DNA from: Candidatus Colwellbacteria bacterium
GTDB lineage: Bacteria > Patescibacteriota > Minisyncoccia > UBA6257 > Colwellbacteraceae
Assembly: GCA_027448785.1 (NCBI GenBank)
Contig: DAIDMW010000004.1
Location: forward strand, 1 to 49,921
DNA: 49,921 nucleotides
Direction of reading: 5' to 3'
How positions within the stretch are numbered: the stretch's first letter is position 1; each line of letters opens with the position of its first letter. The notes beneath the pieces are model-generated. The model saw only the letters and a list, made by a program, of their open reading frames with translations. It did not search any database and was not told the DNA's origin. Both the position numbers and the translations under genes were made by a program. Shown here piece by piece: positions 1 to 10,308 of the stretch.

Positions 1-1011
1 CACAGCGACGCTGCCGGACCCTCTTGCGTAGAGCAGGTTGCTAGGTGTAGTTGTAAACCCAAAAAATCCATAGGATCCGTTTATTGTGTTAGCGAAGGCG
101 ATTGTATCTCCAGTCGAAGTTCCTATTTTATACAATGATACAGGAATGCTGCCGGCGGAATATTCTTTGACGTTTCCGACGACTTCCAAGGGGACACTGG
201 GAGTAGATGTTCCTATTCCAACGTAGCCTGCGGAGGTGATAAGTAGAGAGTGGTTAGAAGATGCTACTACATCTAAGAGACCGATCGGAGTTTTTGTTCC
301 TATACCCAAACTTCCCCCACTGGCTCCGGTTCCAAGCGTTACGGTTCCGGAGAAACTGCCGTTCCGCCAGCGCAGGTCCGGAGAGGTTTGTCCGATATTA
401 AAGGTGTTGTCCGAATTTGGAATTAGGTCGGAATCGAAAACCGCGGCATTGGCTCTACCGATGACCGAACTTATTTCCTTGGAAATTGCCAAACGAGGAT
501 TAACGGTGTTGACGCTGAACCTGGCATCGACTTTGACGAAGGCGTGCCCGCCGGCTTGTGAGGCGACCATGAATTCCAGCGAATCGGCGACTACCTTATT
601 GGTGGTCAGATCGGTGGTCTGGCTGGTGCACTCGCTTTTATTCAGAGCATTCGGTCCGACCGCCAACTTCACAGCGCCGCCGCTCGAATAAACGCAGGTC
701 GGGTCGGTAGAAGAGGAACCGGTGCGGATCATTAAATAGCTTCCGGTGGTGGTAGGAGCAGAAAGATGGGCGGAGTCCTGGTAAACTTCGATTTGGCTGG
801 AGTCTTTGACGTGCTTCTGGACAACGGCAAGAACTGTGTTCAGTTGGGATACTAGTTCGTTGGAAGAAGAGTTGCGCGCGTTGGTGTCGACCACTTCGGC
901 AAGTATTCCCGTAAAAATCAGAGCCACGGCGGAAAATAGGCCTAGGTAGATAAGGAGTTCAGCTATGGAAAATCCTTTGGGACGCGCGGATTTACTGGAG
1001 TAATGGAACAT
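1..1011 (-). CDS. Prepilin-type N-terminal cleavage/methylation protein with long C-terminal adhesin/tail-fibre-like region (partial, runs off the window start)
   Basis: Not in the ORF track; translated by hand. Open frame from ATG 1011 (in-frame alternative ATG 1038) to base 1: MFHYSSKSARPKG|FSIAELLIYLGLFSAVALIFTGIL (class III signal, G|F with E+5 and a hydrophobic helix), later LGIGTKTP and VGIGTSTP repeats. Confidence 0.8.
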   Translation of the reverse strand, partial: MFHYSSKSARPKGFSIAELLIYLGLFSAVALIFTGILAEVVDTNARNSSSNELVSQLNTVLAVVQKHVKDSSQIEVYQDSAHLSAPTTTGSYLMIRTGSSSTDPTCVYSSGGAVKLAVGPNALNKSECTSQTTDLTTNKVVADSLEFMVASQAGGHAFVKVDARFSVNTVNPRLAISKEISSVIGRANAAVFDSDLIPNSDNTFNIGQTSPDLRWRNGSFSGTVTLGTGASGGSLGIGTKTPIGLLDVVASSNHSLLITSAGYVGIGTSTPSVPLEVVGNVKEYSAGSIPVSLYKIGTSTGDTIAFANTINGSYGFFGFTTTPSNLLYARGSGSVAV

Positions 1012-1076
1012 TAGAGAAGCGGATAAAACGCCTTTCATCGGAATTATAAGTTATGAATATTTTATGAACAAGTGAG

Positions 1077-1181
1077 CAAAAAAGCGCAAAGCTTAAAGCG
1101 CAAAACGCAAAAGAACTGGCGACTAGCCGCTAGTCTCTAACCGCTAGTCGCTATTTTACGCTTTTCGTTTTACGCTTTTAC
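1077..1181. repeat. 7-bp-periodic imperfect inverted repeat (family copy 1)
   Basis: Left arm AAAGCGC-AAAGCTT-AAAGCGC-AAAACGC; inner GCGACTAGC...GCTAGTCGC; right arm TTTACGC-TTTTCGT-TTTACGC. Confidence 0.8.
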
Positions 1182-1182
1182 T

Positions 1183-1548
1183 ATGCAGTTCTATTGGACA
1201 ATACACGCCAAGGATAAGATGAGATATTACAGGCTTTCCGAGAGCAGGGTAAAAAGGGTGATAAACTTTCCCAAGCGCATCGAGGAGGGAATCGCCGAAG
1301 ACACCGTGGCGATGATGCAGCCGGGCGGAAGCGCGAGGAATCCATATGAGATATGGGTGATGGTCCAGCGGGGAAGCGGCAACTACTCAAAGGCCAAAAC
1401 CGCCAAAGAAAAAGAGGTGGCAAACAAACTTGGCCTGAAAGAGAAATCGCTGAAAGTGATATCGGCCTGGAGGTATCCCGGAACAACCAAGCCCGGAGAA
1501 AAACTGCCCGAAGAAATCCTTCGCGAATTCCGCTCAGTCGCAAAATAA
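1183..1548 (+). CDS. Conserved hypothetical protein, DUF4258-like
   Basis: N-terminal WTIHAKDKM (T-x-H-A-x-x-K/R-M) and C-terminal strand KVISAWRYPG. Confidence 0.55.
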   Translation: MQFYWTIHAKDKMRYYRLSESRVKRVINFPKRIEEGIAEDTVAMMQPGGSARNPYEIWVMVQRGSGNYSKAKTAKEKEVANKLGLKEKSLKVISAWRYPGTTKPGEKLPEEILREFRSVAK

Positions 1549-1627
1549 TCCAAATGCAAAATATCAACTACCAAAACAATCGTTCCGCTAGTTGATATTT
1601 CCAACCGGCGAGAATATGCAACGTGAA

Positions 1628-1656
1628 TTGACCGATGAGATATTTTGTCGTATCTT
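1628..1656 (+). promoter_or_regulatory. Putative sigma70 promoter of uvrBAC
   Basis: TTGACC-N17-TATCTT ending 54 nt upstream of the uvrB ATG. Confidence 0.5.
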
Positions 1657-1710
1657 AGCTGGAGCTAATACCCCCTAGAGACGGAAGGACGGGGGCGTTT
1701 TGGCGTTTTT

Positions 1711-3738
1711 ATGCCGGAATTCCGATTAGTCAGTAAAAATAAGCCGACCGGAGACCAGCCGCAGGCGATAGCCAAGCTGGTCGAGGGCTTGCGAAAAGGG
1801 TTTGATAAACAGACCCTTTTAGGCGTGACCGGATCCGGAAAAACTTTCACCGCGGCGAGCGTCATCGCCGAGGTCAATAAGCCGACTTTGGTTATCGCCC
1901 ACAACAAGACTCTGGCGGCTCAGCTCTGCAACGAGTTCCGCGAGTTGTTCCCCGACAACGCCGTCCATTACTTCGTTTCTTATTACGATTATTATCAGCC
2001 GGAGGCTTACATGCCGGCCAGCGACACTTATATCGACAAGGAGGCGATGATCAACGACGAGATCGACAAGCTGCGCCATGCGGCCACTACCGCGCTTCTT
2101 ACCCGCCGCGACGTCATCGTCGTCGCCTCAGTCTCGTGCATCTATGGCCTCGGAGCTCCGGAAGTTTATAAGGCCAATCTACTGCGCCTTAAGGCCGGCG
2201 ACCGCCTTTCGCGCAAGGAGCTGACCAGGAAGCTTATCGAGGTTCACTTTAACCGGACCACTTCGGATTTAAAGCGAGGCACCTTCCGCCTGCGCGGCGA
2301 CAACTGGGAGATTATGCCGGTGAACGAAGAGGTCATTTACAACCTGCGGGTGGCTAACGACATAATTACCGATATCTTCGTTATAGATCCGGTTAAAGGA
2401 TGGCAGATGGGTAAAACTCCGCGCGTTGAAGAGGTTTACATTTCTCCGGCCAAGCACTTCCTGACGGTCAAGGAGGACCGAGAGAGGGCGGCCAAGGAGA
2501 TAATGGCCGAACTCAAGGAGCGGCTGAAGTATTTTGAAAAAGAGGGAAAGTACTTGGAGGCGGAAAGGCTGGAACGGCGGACTAAGATGGATGTGGCGAT
2601 GATCCGCGAGGTCGGGTACTGCCACGGCATCGAAAACTACTCCCGCCATTTGTCAGGAAGAGAAGCCGGCGAGGCGCCGGACACGCTTTTGAATTATTTC
2701 CCCGGCGACTTTCTAACAATCATCGATGAGTCACATATCACTGTTCCGCAGTTGAATGGCATGTTCCAAGGGGATCGGGCCAGGAAAGAAACTTTGATCG
2801 AATATGGCTTTCGCCTGCCATCGGCAGCCGACAATCGGCCGCTGCGCTTCCCCGAGTTCGAGGAGCGGACTGGCCAGGTCATCTTCACCTCCGCCACTCC
2901 TGGGCCGTATGAGCGGGAGAAGAGCAAGCAGATCGTTGAGCAGATTATTCGACCCACCGGTTTGGTCGATCCGCAGATAACTATCCGGCCGGCCACGGGG
3001 CAGGTGGATGATTTGATTCCGCGCATCGAAGAGCGAGTCGCCAAGAAAGAGAGAGTTCTGGTTACGACTTTGACCAAAAAAATGGCCGAGGACCTAAGCG
3101 ATTACCTGGCTCAGCAGAAGAAGATTAAGGTCAGTTATCTACACAGCGACGTGAAGACTCTGGAGCGGATAAAGATACTGACCAAGCTGCGCAAGGGTGA
3201 GTTCGACGTTTTAGTCGGAGTTAATTTGTTGCGCGAAGGTTTGGACTTGCCGGAGGTAACGCTGGTGGCGATACTCGACGCCGACAAGGAAGGATTTTTG
3301 CGCAGCGAGACGTCGCTGGTCCAGACGATCGGCCGGGCCGCCAGGAACGTCAACGGCGAAGTCCTGATGTACGCCGACCAGATTACCGGCTCGATCAAGC
3401 GGGCGGTGGAGGAAACCGAGCGCCGGCGCAAGCTGCAGCTGCGGTATAACGAAGAAAATCACATCACTCCGCGAACCGTCGAGAAGGAGATTAAGGATAT
3501 TCTGCCAGCCGAAGAAATTTTGTCGCTCGAGATGAAACCGGTGGCAAAGTCGAAAGCGGCTATAGCCGAGATGATTCGCGACAAAGAGCGGGAGATGAAA
3601 GAAGCCGCTAAAGACCTTGATTTCGAATTGGCGGCGATACTGCGCGACGAGATCAAGGAGCTTAAGACCACCAAATTTCCTAAAGAAAAGGGCGATAAAG
3701 ATGAGAAGGTTCTCCGCACGGGAGCCGGAAAGAAATAA
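1711..3738 (+). CDS. uvrB: Excinuclease ABC subunit B
   Basis: [17 protein letters not shown] Walker [11 protein letters not shown] beta-hairpin, [14 protein letters not shown]-terminal UVR domain. Confidence 0.98.
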   Translation: MPEFRLVSKNKPTGDQPQAIAKLVEGLRKGFDKQTLLGVTGSGKTFTAASVIAEVNKPTLVIAHNKTLAAQLCNEFRELFPDNAVHYFVSYYDYYQPEAYMPASDTYIDKEAMINDEIDKLRHAATTALLTRRDVIVVASVSCIYGLGAPEVYKANLLRLKAGDRLSRKELTRKLIEVHFNRTTSDLKRGTFRLRGDNWEIMPVNEEVIYNLRVANDIITDIFVIDPVKGWQMGKTPRVEEVYISPAKHFLTVKEDRERAAKEIMAELKERLKYFEKEGKYLEAERLERRTKMDVAMIREVGYCHGIENYSRHLSGREAGEAPDTLLNYFPGDFLTIIDESHITVPQLNGMFQGDRARKETLIEYGFRLPSAADNRPLRFPEFEERTGQVIFTSATPGPYEREKSKQIVEQIIRPTGLVDPQITIRPATGQVDDLIPRIEERVAKKERVLVTTLTKKMAEDLSDYLAQQKKIKVSYLHSDVKTLERIKILTKLRKGEFDVLVGVNLLREGLDLPEVTLVAILDADKEGFLRSETSLVQTIGRAARNVNGEVLMYADQITGSIKRAVEETERRRKLQLRYNEENHITPRTVEKEIKDILPAEEILSLEMKPVAKSKAAIAEMIRDKEREMKEAAKDLDFELAAILRDEIKELKTTKFPKEKGDKDEKVLRTGAGKK

Positions 3739-3744
3739 ACCAAG

Positions 3745-6267
3745 ATGCAAACCAAGATAAAAATAAAAGGAGCGCGCGAGCATAATTTGAAGAACGTCGA
3801 TTTAGAGATCCCGCGAGACAAAATGATAGTCTTCACTGGGCCTTCGGGATCGGGCAAATCGAGTTTGGCTTTCGACACGATCTTCGCCGAAGGCCAGCGC
3901 CGGTACATCGAGTCCCTTTCCGCCTATGCCCGGCAGTTTCTGGAGAGAATGGACAAGCCGGACATTGATGAGATCGAGGGATTGTCGCCGGCCATCTCCA
4001 TCGACCAAAAGGCGCACTCCTCGAATCCGCGCTCGACGGTCGCCACCATCACCGAGATCTATGATTATCTGCGGGTTCTTTTCGCGCGCGTCGGCACACC
4101 GTTCTGTCCGATCTGCGGACGCGAAATTAGAAGGCTGACCAACGACCAGATCGTCGACGCCGCCGTCGCTTTGGCTGGCGAGGACAAATCAGGAAAGAAT
4201 ATTCTGATAATGTCTCCGGCGGTACGCGGCCGGAAAGGCGAATATTACCAGATGCTTTACGATTTCTTGAACGCCGGATTCCGCGAGGCGAGGATCGACG
4301 GCAAACTACATTCCCTGCACGAAAGGATTGAGTTGAACAAGAACAAAAAGCACGACATCGAACTGGTTGTCGACCGCATTCCTGGGGGAATGGATTTTTC
4401 CGACAAAGACAACCGTCAGCGCCTGGCGGAATCCATCGAAGCCGCCTTAAAGTACGGCAACGACGTGGTGACGATCGTCACCAGCAGCAACGAAGTGGCC
4501 CTTTCGGCTAAGTTCACTTGCCCGAACGACAACTTTTCCTTCCCGGAAATCGAGCCCCGGCTTTTCTCCTTCAACAGCCCGTACGGAGCTTGCGAGACTT
4601 GCCACGGCCTCGGCACCAAAGATTTATGGACAGAGGAGCTTTGCCCAGCCTGCGCCGGCAAGAGGCTTCGTCCCGAGGCTCTGAGCGTTTTGATCGCCGG
4701 AAAGAACATCGCCGAGGTTACCGCCTTTTCAATAGACGAGGCGACTGAGTTTTTCGACAAAGTAAAATTGACTGCGGAGCAGAAAGTAGTGGCCGAAGTG
4801 CCGCTGCGCGAAATTAAAAGCAGGCTGAAGTTTCTATCCGACGTCGGACTGAATTATCTGACACTTGACCGTAAGGCCGGCACGCTTTCCGGCGGAGAGG
4901 CCCAGAGGATCAGGCTAGCTTCACAGATCGGCTCGCGGCTGGTCGGAACGCTGTATATTCTAGACGAACCAACCATCGGATTGCATCAGCGGGACAACGC
5001 CAAGCTTATCAAGACGCTCCAGAATTTGCGCGACCTCGGCAACACTATCGTAGTGGTCGAGCACGACGAAGATACGATCCACGCTAGCGACTACCTGGTT
5101 GATTTCGGTCCGGGAGCCGGGGTTAACGGCGGGAAAGTGGTCGCGGAAGGACCCCTACCGGACATTTTGAAAGATAAGAAAGTTAAGTCGCTGACCTTGG
5201 ATTATTTGCGCGGCGATAAAAGGATTGAAATTCCGCAGGAGAGACGGGCGGTGCGCCACCCGGGAGATTTCTTAAAGATTAGGGGAGCGACCGAAAATAA
5301 TCTTAAGAATATCGACGTGGACATTCCTCTCCGCAAACTGACAGCGGTGACCGGAGTTTCCGGATCGGGCAAGAGCACTTTGGTTTACGACGTCGTTTAC
5401 AAAACCTTGGCCAACAAGTTCAATCGCGCCAGCTACAAGCCAGGGGCGCACAAATCTCTCCTCGGACTGGAATATATCAATCGCATCATTAACATCGACC
5501 AGTCGCCGATCGGGCGCACGCCTCGCTCCAATCCGGCGACCTATATCGGCGCCTGGACGGAGATCAGGGAACTGTTTTCCGCGACCGAGGACGCGCGCGT
5601 CCGCGGCTGGAAGCCGGGCAGGTTTAGTTTTAACGTCAAAGGCGGAAGATGCGAGCACTGCGAAGGGCATGGCTATTTGTCTATTGAAATGCACTTTCTG
5701 CCGACGGTTTACGTTACCTGCAACATCTGCCAAGGAAAGAGGTTTGACCGCGAGACGCTGGAAGTCCAATACCGCGGGAAAAACATCTACGACACCCTGC
5801 GGATGACGGTGAGTGAGGCGGTGAAGTTTTTCGAAGACATCCCGTCTCTCTACGACAAGCTGAAAATCCTCGATGAGGTCGGCTTAGGATATATGGAGCT
5901 GGGACAGCCGGCAACCACTTTGTCCGGCGGAGAGGCTCAGAGAATAAAGCTGGCGGCGGAGCTGGCTAAGCGCGACACGCGCCGCACGCTTTACCTGCTG
6001 GACGAGCCGACCACCGGTCTGCATTTTTCAGACATCGAGAAACTCCTGATCGTCTTACAGTGCCTGGTCGACCGTGGCAACACTATCGTTGTCATCGAGC
6101 ACAACCTCGATGTCATTAAGTGTGCCGACTGGGTTATCGATCTCGGGCCGGAAGGAGGCGAGGCCGGCGGGAGGATAGTCGCTATCGGAACGCCGGAGGA
6201 TGTTTCCAAAAAAGCCGGAAGCTACACAGGAGAGTATTTGCGGAAGGCGTTAAATCCTAAATTCTAA
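3745..6267 (+). CDS. uvrA: Excinuclease ABC subunit A (insertion domain deleted)
   Basis: GAREHNLKN, two Walker A motifs ([18 protein letters not shown]), two LSGGEAQRI signatures, zinc fingers. Confidence 0.98.
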   Translation: MQTKIKIKGAREHNLKNVDLEIPRDKMIVFTGPSGSGKSSLAFDTIFAEGQRRYIESLSAYARQFLERMDKPDIDEIEGLSPAISIDQKAHSSNPRSTVATITEIYDYLRVLFARVGTPFCPICGREIRRLTNDQIVDAAVALAGEDKSGKNILIMSPAVRGRKGEYYQMLYDFLNAGFREARIDGKLHSLHERIELNKNKKHDIELVVDRIPGGMDFSDKDNRQRLAESIEAALKYGNDVVTIVTSSNEVALSAKFTCPNDNFSFPEIEPRLFSFNSPYGACETCHGLGTKDLWTEELCPACAGKRLRPEALSVLIAGKNIAEVTAFSIDEATEFFDKVKLTAEQKVVAEVPLREIKSRLKFLSDVGLNYLTLDRKAGTLSGGEAQRIRLASQIGSRLVGTLYILDEPTIGLHQRDNAKLIKTLQNLRDLGNTIVVVEHDEDTIHASDYLVDFGPGAGVNGGKVVAEGPLPDILKDKKVKSLTLDYLRGDKRIEIPQERRAVRHPGDFLKIRGATENNLKNIDVDIPLRKLTAVTGVSGSGKSTLVYDVVYKTLANKFNRASYKPGAHKSLLGLEYINRIINIDQSPIGRTPRSNPATYIGAWTEIRELFSATEDARVRGWKPGRFSFNVKGGRCEHCEGHGYLSIEMHFLPTVYVTCNICQGKRFDRETLEVQYRGKNIYDTLRMTVSEAVKFFEDIPSLYDKLKILDEVGLGYMELGQPATTLSGGEAQRIKLAAELAKRDTRRTLYLLDEPTTGLHFSDIEKLLIVLQCLVDRGNTIVVIEHNLDVIKCADWVIDLGPEGGEAGGRIVAIGTPEDVSKKAGSYTGEYLRKALNPKF

Positions 6268-6298
6268 ACCAGAAATACGAAACGCGTTTTATCCGCCG

Positions 6299-7510
6299 AT
6301 GATAAATCAAAAAAAACTTTACCAAAATCTACCCACGGCGCCGGGTGTTTATTTGATGAGAAACGCGTCCGGGAAAGTTATTTACGTCGGCAAGGCGGTT
6401 AATCTGCGCCGGAGGGTCTCCAGTTATTTTTTGCGCTCACAGGAAGCCAGGATAGCAATGTTAGTCTCTGAAATTCGGAAGATCGACCACGTCCCGACCG
6501 ACACGGCCATTGAGGCGTTGATACTCGAATCGCAGCTCATAAAAAAATACTCGCCCTTTTATAATATCAAGGAGAAGGACGACAAGAGCTTCCTATACGT
6601 GGTCGTGACCAAGGAAGAGTTTCCCCGCGTGATTCTCGCCTACGGCAAAGAGCTGGGAGGGCTGCCGGCACGCTCCACCTTCGGCCCGTTCACCTCGGCG
6701 TCCAGTATCCGTGAAGCGCTGCGGATAATCCGGCGTATTTTCCCCTATAGCATCCACCCGCCAGAAAAAATCAGCAAAGGAAAGCGGCCGTGCTTCGAGT
6801 ACGAGATCGGCCTTTGTCCGGGAACCTGCGTCGGGGAAATACGCCGCAGAGAGTATTTGAAGACGATTAAGAACATCGAGCTGTTTTTCGGAGGGAAGAA
6901 AGAGAGGATTTTAAAATCGCTGGAAAAAGAAATGGGCGAAGCTTCGAAAAAAACCGAGTTCGAAAAAGCGGCTAAGCTGCGCAAGCAGATTTTCGCTTTG
7001 AAGCATATTCAGGATGTGGCGCTGATCAGCGAAAACAAAATAGAAGGCAAGCCCTTCGACGCCGTTCAAGGCAAGAGGGTGGAGTGTTACGACATATCCA
7101 ACATCTCCGGAACCTCGGCTGTCGGTTCGATGACAGTTTGGCAGGACGGCGGAATCAAGAAGGGCGAATACAGGCTTTTCAAAATACGCACCGTGACCGG
7201 TTCGAACGATGTCGGAATGATGAAAGAAGTAATCTCTCGCCGCCTGAACAACTTATGGCCATTGCCGAATCTTATTCTAGTCGACGGAGGAGTGTCTCAA
7301 GCCGCCGCGGCTAGGGAGGCGCTTATGGAAAAGGGGCTGCGGATTCCAGTTGCCGGCATCGCCAAAGGGCCAGAGCGCAAGCGCAACGATTTCATAGGCC
7401 GCCTACCGGAGTGGATAAAAAAGGAGGATTTAATCATGCTTCGAGACGAGGCGCACCGCTTCGCCATCGGTTACCACCGCCGAGTGCGAGGTAAAAACCT
7501 CTTGGGCTAG
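6299..7510 (+). CDS. uvrC: Excinuclease ABC subunit C (short, no C-terminal HhH domain)
   Basis: GIY-YIG N-terminus (PGVYLM...IYVGKAVNLRRRVSSYF), UVR domain, RNase H-like domain (ECYDISN, LILVDGG, RDEAHRFA). Confidence 0.93.
   Translation: MINQKKLYQNLPTAPGVYLMRNASGKVIYVGKAVNLRRRVSSYFLRSQEARIAMLVSEIRKIDHVPTDTAIEALILESQLIKKYSPFYNIKEKDDKSFLYVVVTKEEFPRVILAYGKELGGLPARSTFGPFTSASSIREALRIIRRIFPYSIHPPEKISKGKRPCFEYEIGLCPGTCVGEIRRREYLKTIKNIELFFGGKKERILKSLEKEMGEASKKTEFEKAAKLRKQIFALKHIQDVALISENKIEGKPFDAVQGKRVECYDISNISGTSAVGSMTVWQDGGIKKGEYRLFKIRTVTGSNDVGMMKEVISRRLNNLWPLPNLILVDGGVSQAAAAREALMEKGLRIPVAGIAKGPERKRNDFIGRLPEWIKKEDLIMLRDEAHRFAIGYHRRVRGKNLLG
7044..7075. repeat. REP-like 24-bp unit in frame inside uvrC
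   Basis: AAGGCAAG-CCCTTCGACGCCGTTC-AAGGCAAG; 14/17 identical to the CTTCGACGCGGCTCAGG core of the 28,112 repeat (reverse strand). Confidence 0.55.
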
Positions 7511-7513
7511 CTT

Positions 7514-8008
7514 TTATCGGCAGTAAATAACCAAGAAGGCGATTATAGCTAAAACGCTCGCTTGGAAAACAACGCCGCCCAAGGCCGACCTTATCCTTTT
7601 CGTCGCGTGCATCCAGACGTGAAATTTCTGCAGTGAAGTTATAGGTTCCGCCTTGAAAACGAAGTAAATGAACTGCAAAAAATCCGGCAAGGCGCCGGCG
7701 GCCGCGCCGATGAGCATCGGCACGAGCGGCAGCGCGGCGAGGTAGTGAAAGAGAAGTATAACGGCTAAGCCGATCAAACAATCCAGCACGACTTTGGCTG
7801 CGTCCCCACGGAAACCGCGTTCGAAGAGCACTTTGTTGCGCAATGGGTCAGCGGGATTGCGCTCCAAGGAGGAGATGTTGTAATCCCAGTGCGGGATCGC
7901 ATCAAGGGCGAAATGACTTAAGAAGGCGAGGACGAAACCTATGGCCGGTAACGGCGCGACTACTGCGGCTACCAGCCCCCCGGCGGCTTCATGCGTGGCG
8001 AGTGTCAT
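7514..8008 (-). CDS. Membrane protein, putative metal-dependent hydrolase (YdjM/DUF457-like His motifs)
   Basis: MxxxTH start, SHFALDAIPHWD, LPDF and FHVWMH motifs; several hydrophobic helices. Confidence 0.6.
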   Translation of the reverse strand: MTLATHEAAGGLVAAVVAPLPAIGFVLAFLSHFALDAIPHWDYNISSLERNPADPLRNKVLFERGFRGDAAKVVLDCLIGLAVILLFHYLAALPLVPMLIGAAAGALPDFLQFIYFVFKAEPITSLQKFHVWMHATKRIRSALGGVVFQASVLAIIAFLVIYCR

Positions 8009-8104
8009 ATTTTTTAAAGATAACCCCGGGACGGATCAGGGTCAATCAAACAAGGAGATCGGCGCTAACACTATTCTCGGCGCTGGTTTATCATTCAAAT
8101 AACC

Positions 8105-9178
8105 ATGCGCATCATAGGTCACTTGGACATGGACGCATTTTTCGCCTCCATCGAGGAAAGGGATCGTCCGGAACTGGCCGGCCGGCCGATAGTCGTCGGT
8201 TCCGACCCTAAAGAGGGCGTCGGCCGCGGAGTCGTCTCAACAGCCAACTATGCGGCCCGTAAATACGGCATTCACTCCGCCCAGCCGATTTCTGTCGCCT
8301 GGCGGCTTTCTCAGGCGGCGGAAAAAGAAGGAAAGCCGGCGGCCGTCTTTTTAGGCGTAAACATCGGGAAATACTCCAAAGTTTCTGCGGAGATAGAAGG
8401 TATTCTGCGGAGGCGTATTAAAGCCATACAAAAAACCAGCGTCGACGAGGCGTATCTAGACTTAAGCTTCTGCGGCAGCTATAAGCGGGCCGAGGAGCTG
8501 ATGAGAAGGATAAAGGAGGAGGTACGGAAAAAAGAAGGACTTACCGCTTCGGTCGGCATCGGCCCCAATAAACTGGTGGCCAAGATTGCCTCCGACTTAC
8601 AGAAGCCGGACGGTATGACGGTCGTACGGGAAAAGCAGGTCCAAAGACTGCTGGACATGCTCCCTGTCCGAAAGCTGCCTGGCGTCGGCCCGAAAACCGA
8701 AGCGAGGCTGAATGAGATCGGCGCGCAGACTATCCGCGAACTGAGGGAAATCTCGGACAAAAAATTGACTGACGAGTTTGGAAAATGGGGCCGCGAGCTG
8801 CGCGCCAAAGCGCGCGGCCTGGATGACTCTCCGGTCGAGGAGGAAAGGGAAACGAAGTCGGTGGGAGAGCAGGAGACGTTCGACGAGGATACGCTGGACT
8901 CCAAATTTTTATTAGGCAAGATCGGCAAGATGGCGGAAAGCGTCTTTGCCAAAATGCGGAAGGAGGGATTTTCCTCTTTCCGCACAGTCGCAATTACTGT
9001 CAGGTTCTCCAACTTCCGCACCGTCACGCGATCGCGCACCTTGCGCCAGCCAAGCGCCGAAACCTCATTATTGAGATTCGCGGCCACCGACCTTTTCTTG
9101 CCGTTTTTGGACAAACGGGAAAATCCCCGCAAGAATCTCATCCGGCTGCTTGGAGTCCGGGTTGAGAATATCGAATAG
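8105..9178 (+). CDS. dinB: DNA polymerase IV (Y family)
   Basis: HLDMDAFFASIE, VSTANYAARKYGI, SVDEAYLD, AKIASDLQKPDG, little-finger IRLLGVRV. Confidence 0.96.
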   Translation: MRIIGHLDMDAFFASIEERDRPELAGRPIVVGSDPKEGVGRGVVSTANYAARKYGIHSAQPISVAWRLSQAAEKEGKPAAVFLGVNIGKYSKVSAEIEGILRRRIKAIQKTSVDEAYLDLSFCGSYKRAEELMRRIKEEVRKKEGLTASVGIGPNKLVAKIASDLQKPDGMTVVREKQVQRLLDMLPVRKLPGVGPKTEARLNEIGAQTIRELREISDKKLTDEFGKWGRELRAKARGLDDSPVEEERETKSVGEQETFDEDTLDSKFLLGKIGKMAESVFAKMRKEGFSSFRTVAITVRFSNFRTVTRSRTLRQPSAETSLLRFAATDLFLPFLDKRENPRKNLIRLLGVRVENIE

Positions 9179-9184
9179 GTTATG

Positions 9185-9237
9185 TTTATCCGCCTGCGCG
9201 AGAATACCCCGGGCGTAAGCCCGGGGAGCTTCATTTT
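9185..9237 (-). mobile_element. Collapsed single-hairpin form of the 11.5-kb miniature element
   Basis: Reverse complement AAAATGAAGCT-C-CCCGGGCTTACGCCCGGGGTATTCTCGCGCAGGCGGATAAA; matches 11489-11499 and is 40/41 identical to 11600-11640. Confidence 0.6.
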
Positions 9238-9299
9238 TTGGCGTAAATCGAACGGATGGTCAGCCAGATAAAAATGGCGTAAGCGATTATATAAATAGC

Positions 9300-9515
9300 T
9301 TACTCGATGACTTCACCGTCGCCTGCGAAAACCGTGCGCAGCCCGCCTGCGAACAGCAGCGCGCGCCAAACCCTGCCGATGGCTAAGAAGACAAGGACCC
9401 AAACAACCGCCATGAAGGCGTAATAGGTTAAACCCTTGTCCATGGCGGCTTTAGCGGTAAAGACGGCGATTAGCGAAAGAATAGCGACGATTACGGCCAA
9501 AATAAAATAAAGCAT
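9300..9515 (-). CDS. Small hypothetical membrane protein (2 TM)
   Basis: 71 aa, ATG start, two hydrophobic segments, fills the intergenic gap. Confidence 0.55.
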   Translation of the reverse strand: MLYFILAVIVAILSLIAVFTAKAAMDKGLTYYAFMAVVWVLVFLAIGRVWRALLFAGGLRTVFAGDGEVIE

Positions 9516-9639
9516 GATTGGTTATGCTTGGTGCATCGACCTTTAAACTTGCGAAGGACAAAATATCGAAATCGTATGGGCAGCCGGCGAGTCAACCGCT
9601 TTGTGATTTTTGGGAAAACAGTTATATAAATATTACGCA

Positions 9640-10308
9640 ATGCAGAATGTTTTCGCAATCTACAAGCCGAAGGGTCCTAGTTCGAACCGCGTCTTGCAGA
9701 CGATAAAGAAAGAGTCCGGAGTCAGAAAGATAGGGCACGGCGGAACGCTGGATCCTTTGGCTAGCGGGGTGTTGGTGGTCGGGATCGATGCCGGGACAAA
9801 ACTTCTCGACTCTCCGGAACTGAAAGAGAAGGAGTATCTAGCGGACGTCCGCCTGGGCTCGTACAGTGCTACCGACGACGACGAAGGGGAAAAAACCGCC
9901 GTCGCGGTAGCGGAGATTCCGGAGAAGGAAGACGTGCAAAAGACATTAAAGAAATTTATAGGCCGCATCGAACAGGTGCCTCCGGCCTTTAGCGCCATAA
10001 AAATATCCGGCCGCGAGGCCTATAAGATAGCCAGGAAGGGGAAGGAGGTGGCGATGAAACCGCGGCCTGCCGAAATAAAAGAGATTGAGCTATTGAGTTA
10101 CGCCTGGCCGGACTTGCGTCTGCGCGTGGTCACCGGTCCAGGTGTCTATATCCGCGCGTTAGCCCGCGACATCGGACAAGCGCTTGCGACCGGAGCTTAT
10201 CTTTCCGGACTGGAAAGGACGAGGGTTGGCAGCTTCACAAAAGAGGCGGCGCTGTCGCCGGAAGAAGCGGCGTCACAGATAAGCGCAAAGAGAAAAACGC
10301 AAAGTTAA
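9640..10308 (+). CDS. truB: tRNA pseudouridine(55) synthase
   Basis: KIGHGGTLDPLASGVL, QVPPAFSAIKISG, GVYIRALARDIG, LERTRVG; start moved to ATG 9640. Confidence 0.95.
   Translation: MQNVFAIYKPKGPSSNRVLQTIKKESGVRKIGHGGTLDPLASGVLVVGIDAGTKLLDSPELKEKEYLADVRLGSYSATDDDEGEKTAVAVAEIPEKEDVQKTLKKFIGRIEQVPPAFSAIKISGREAYKIARKGKEVAMKPRPAEIKEIELLSYAWPDLRLRVVTGPGVYIRALARDIGQALATGAYLSGLERTRVGSFTKEAALSPEEAASQISAKRKTQS

Noticed and set aside
236-691. 151-aa plus-strand ORF in the track
   Set aside because: Antisense shadow of the prepilin-type gene on the minus strand.
1600-8104. Canonical LexA boxes upstream of uvrB or dinB
   Set aside because: No convincing CTGT-N8-ACAG or GAAC-N4-GTTC site seen by eye in either upstream region.
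8479-9234. Minus-strand 251-aa ORF and plus-strand ORF 11219-11662 sharing the peptide PGLTPGVFSRRRI
   Set aside because: The shared peptide is the translated DNA hairpin element; both ORFs overlap real genes (dinB, nth).
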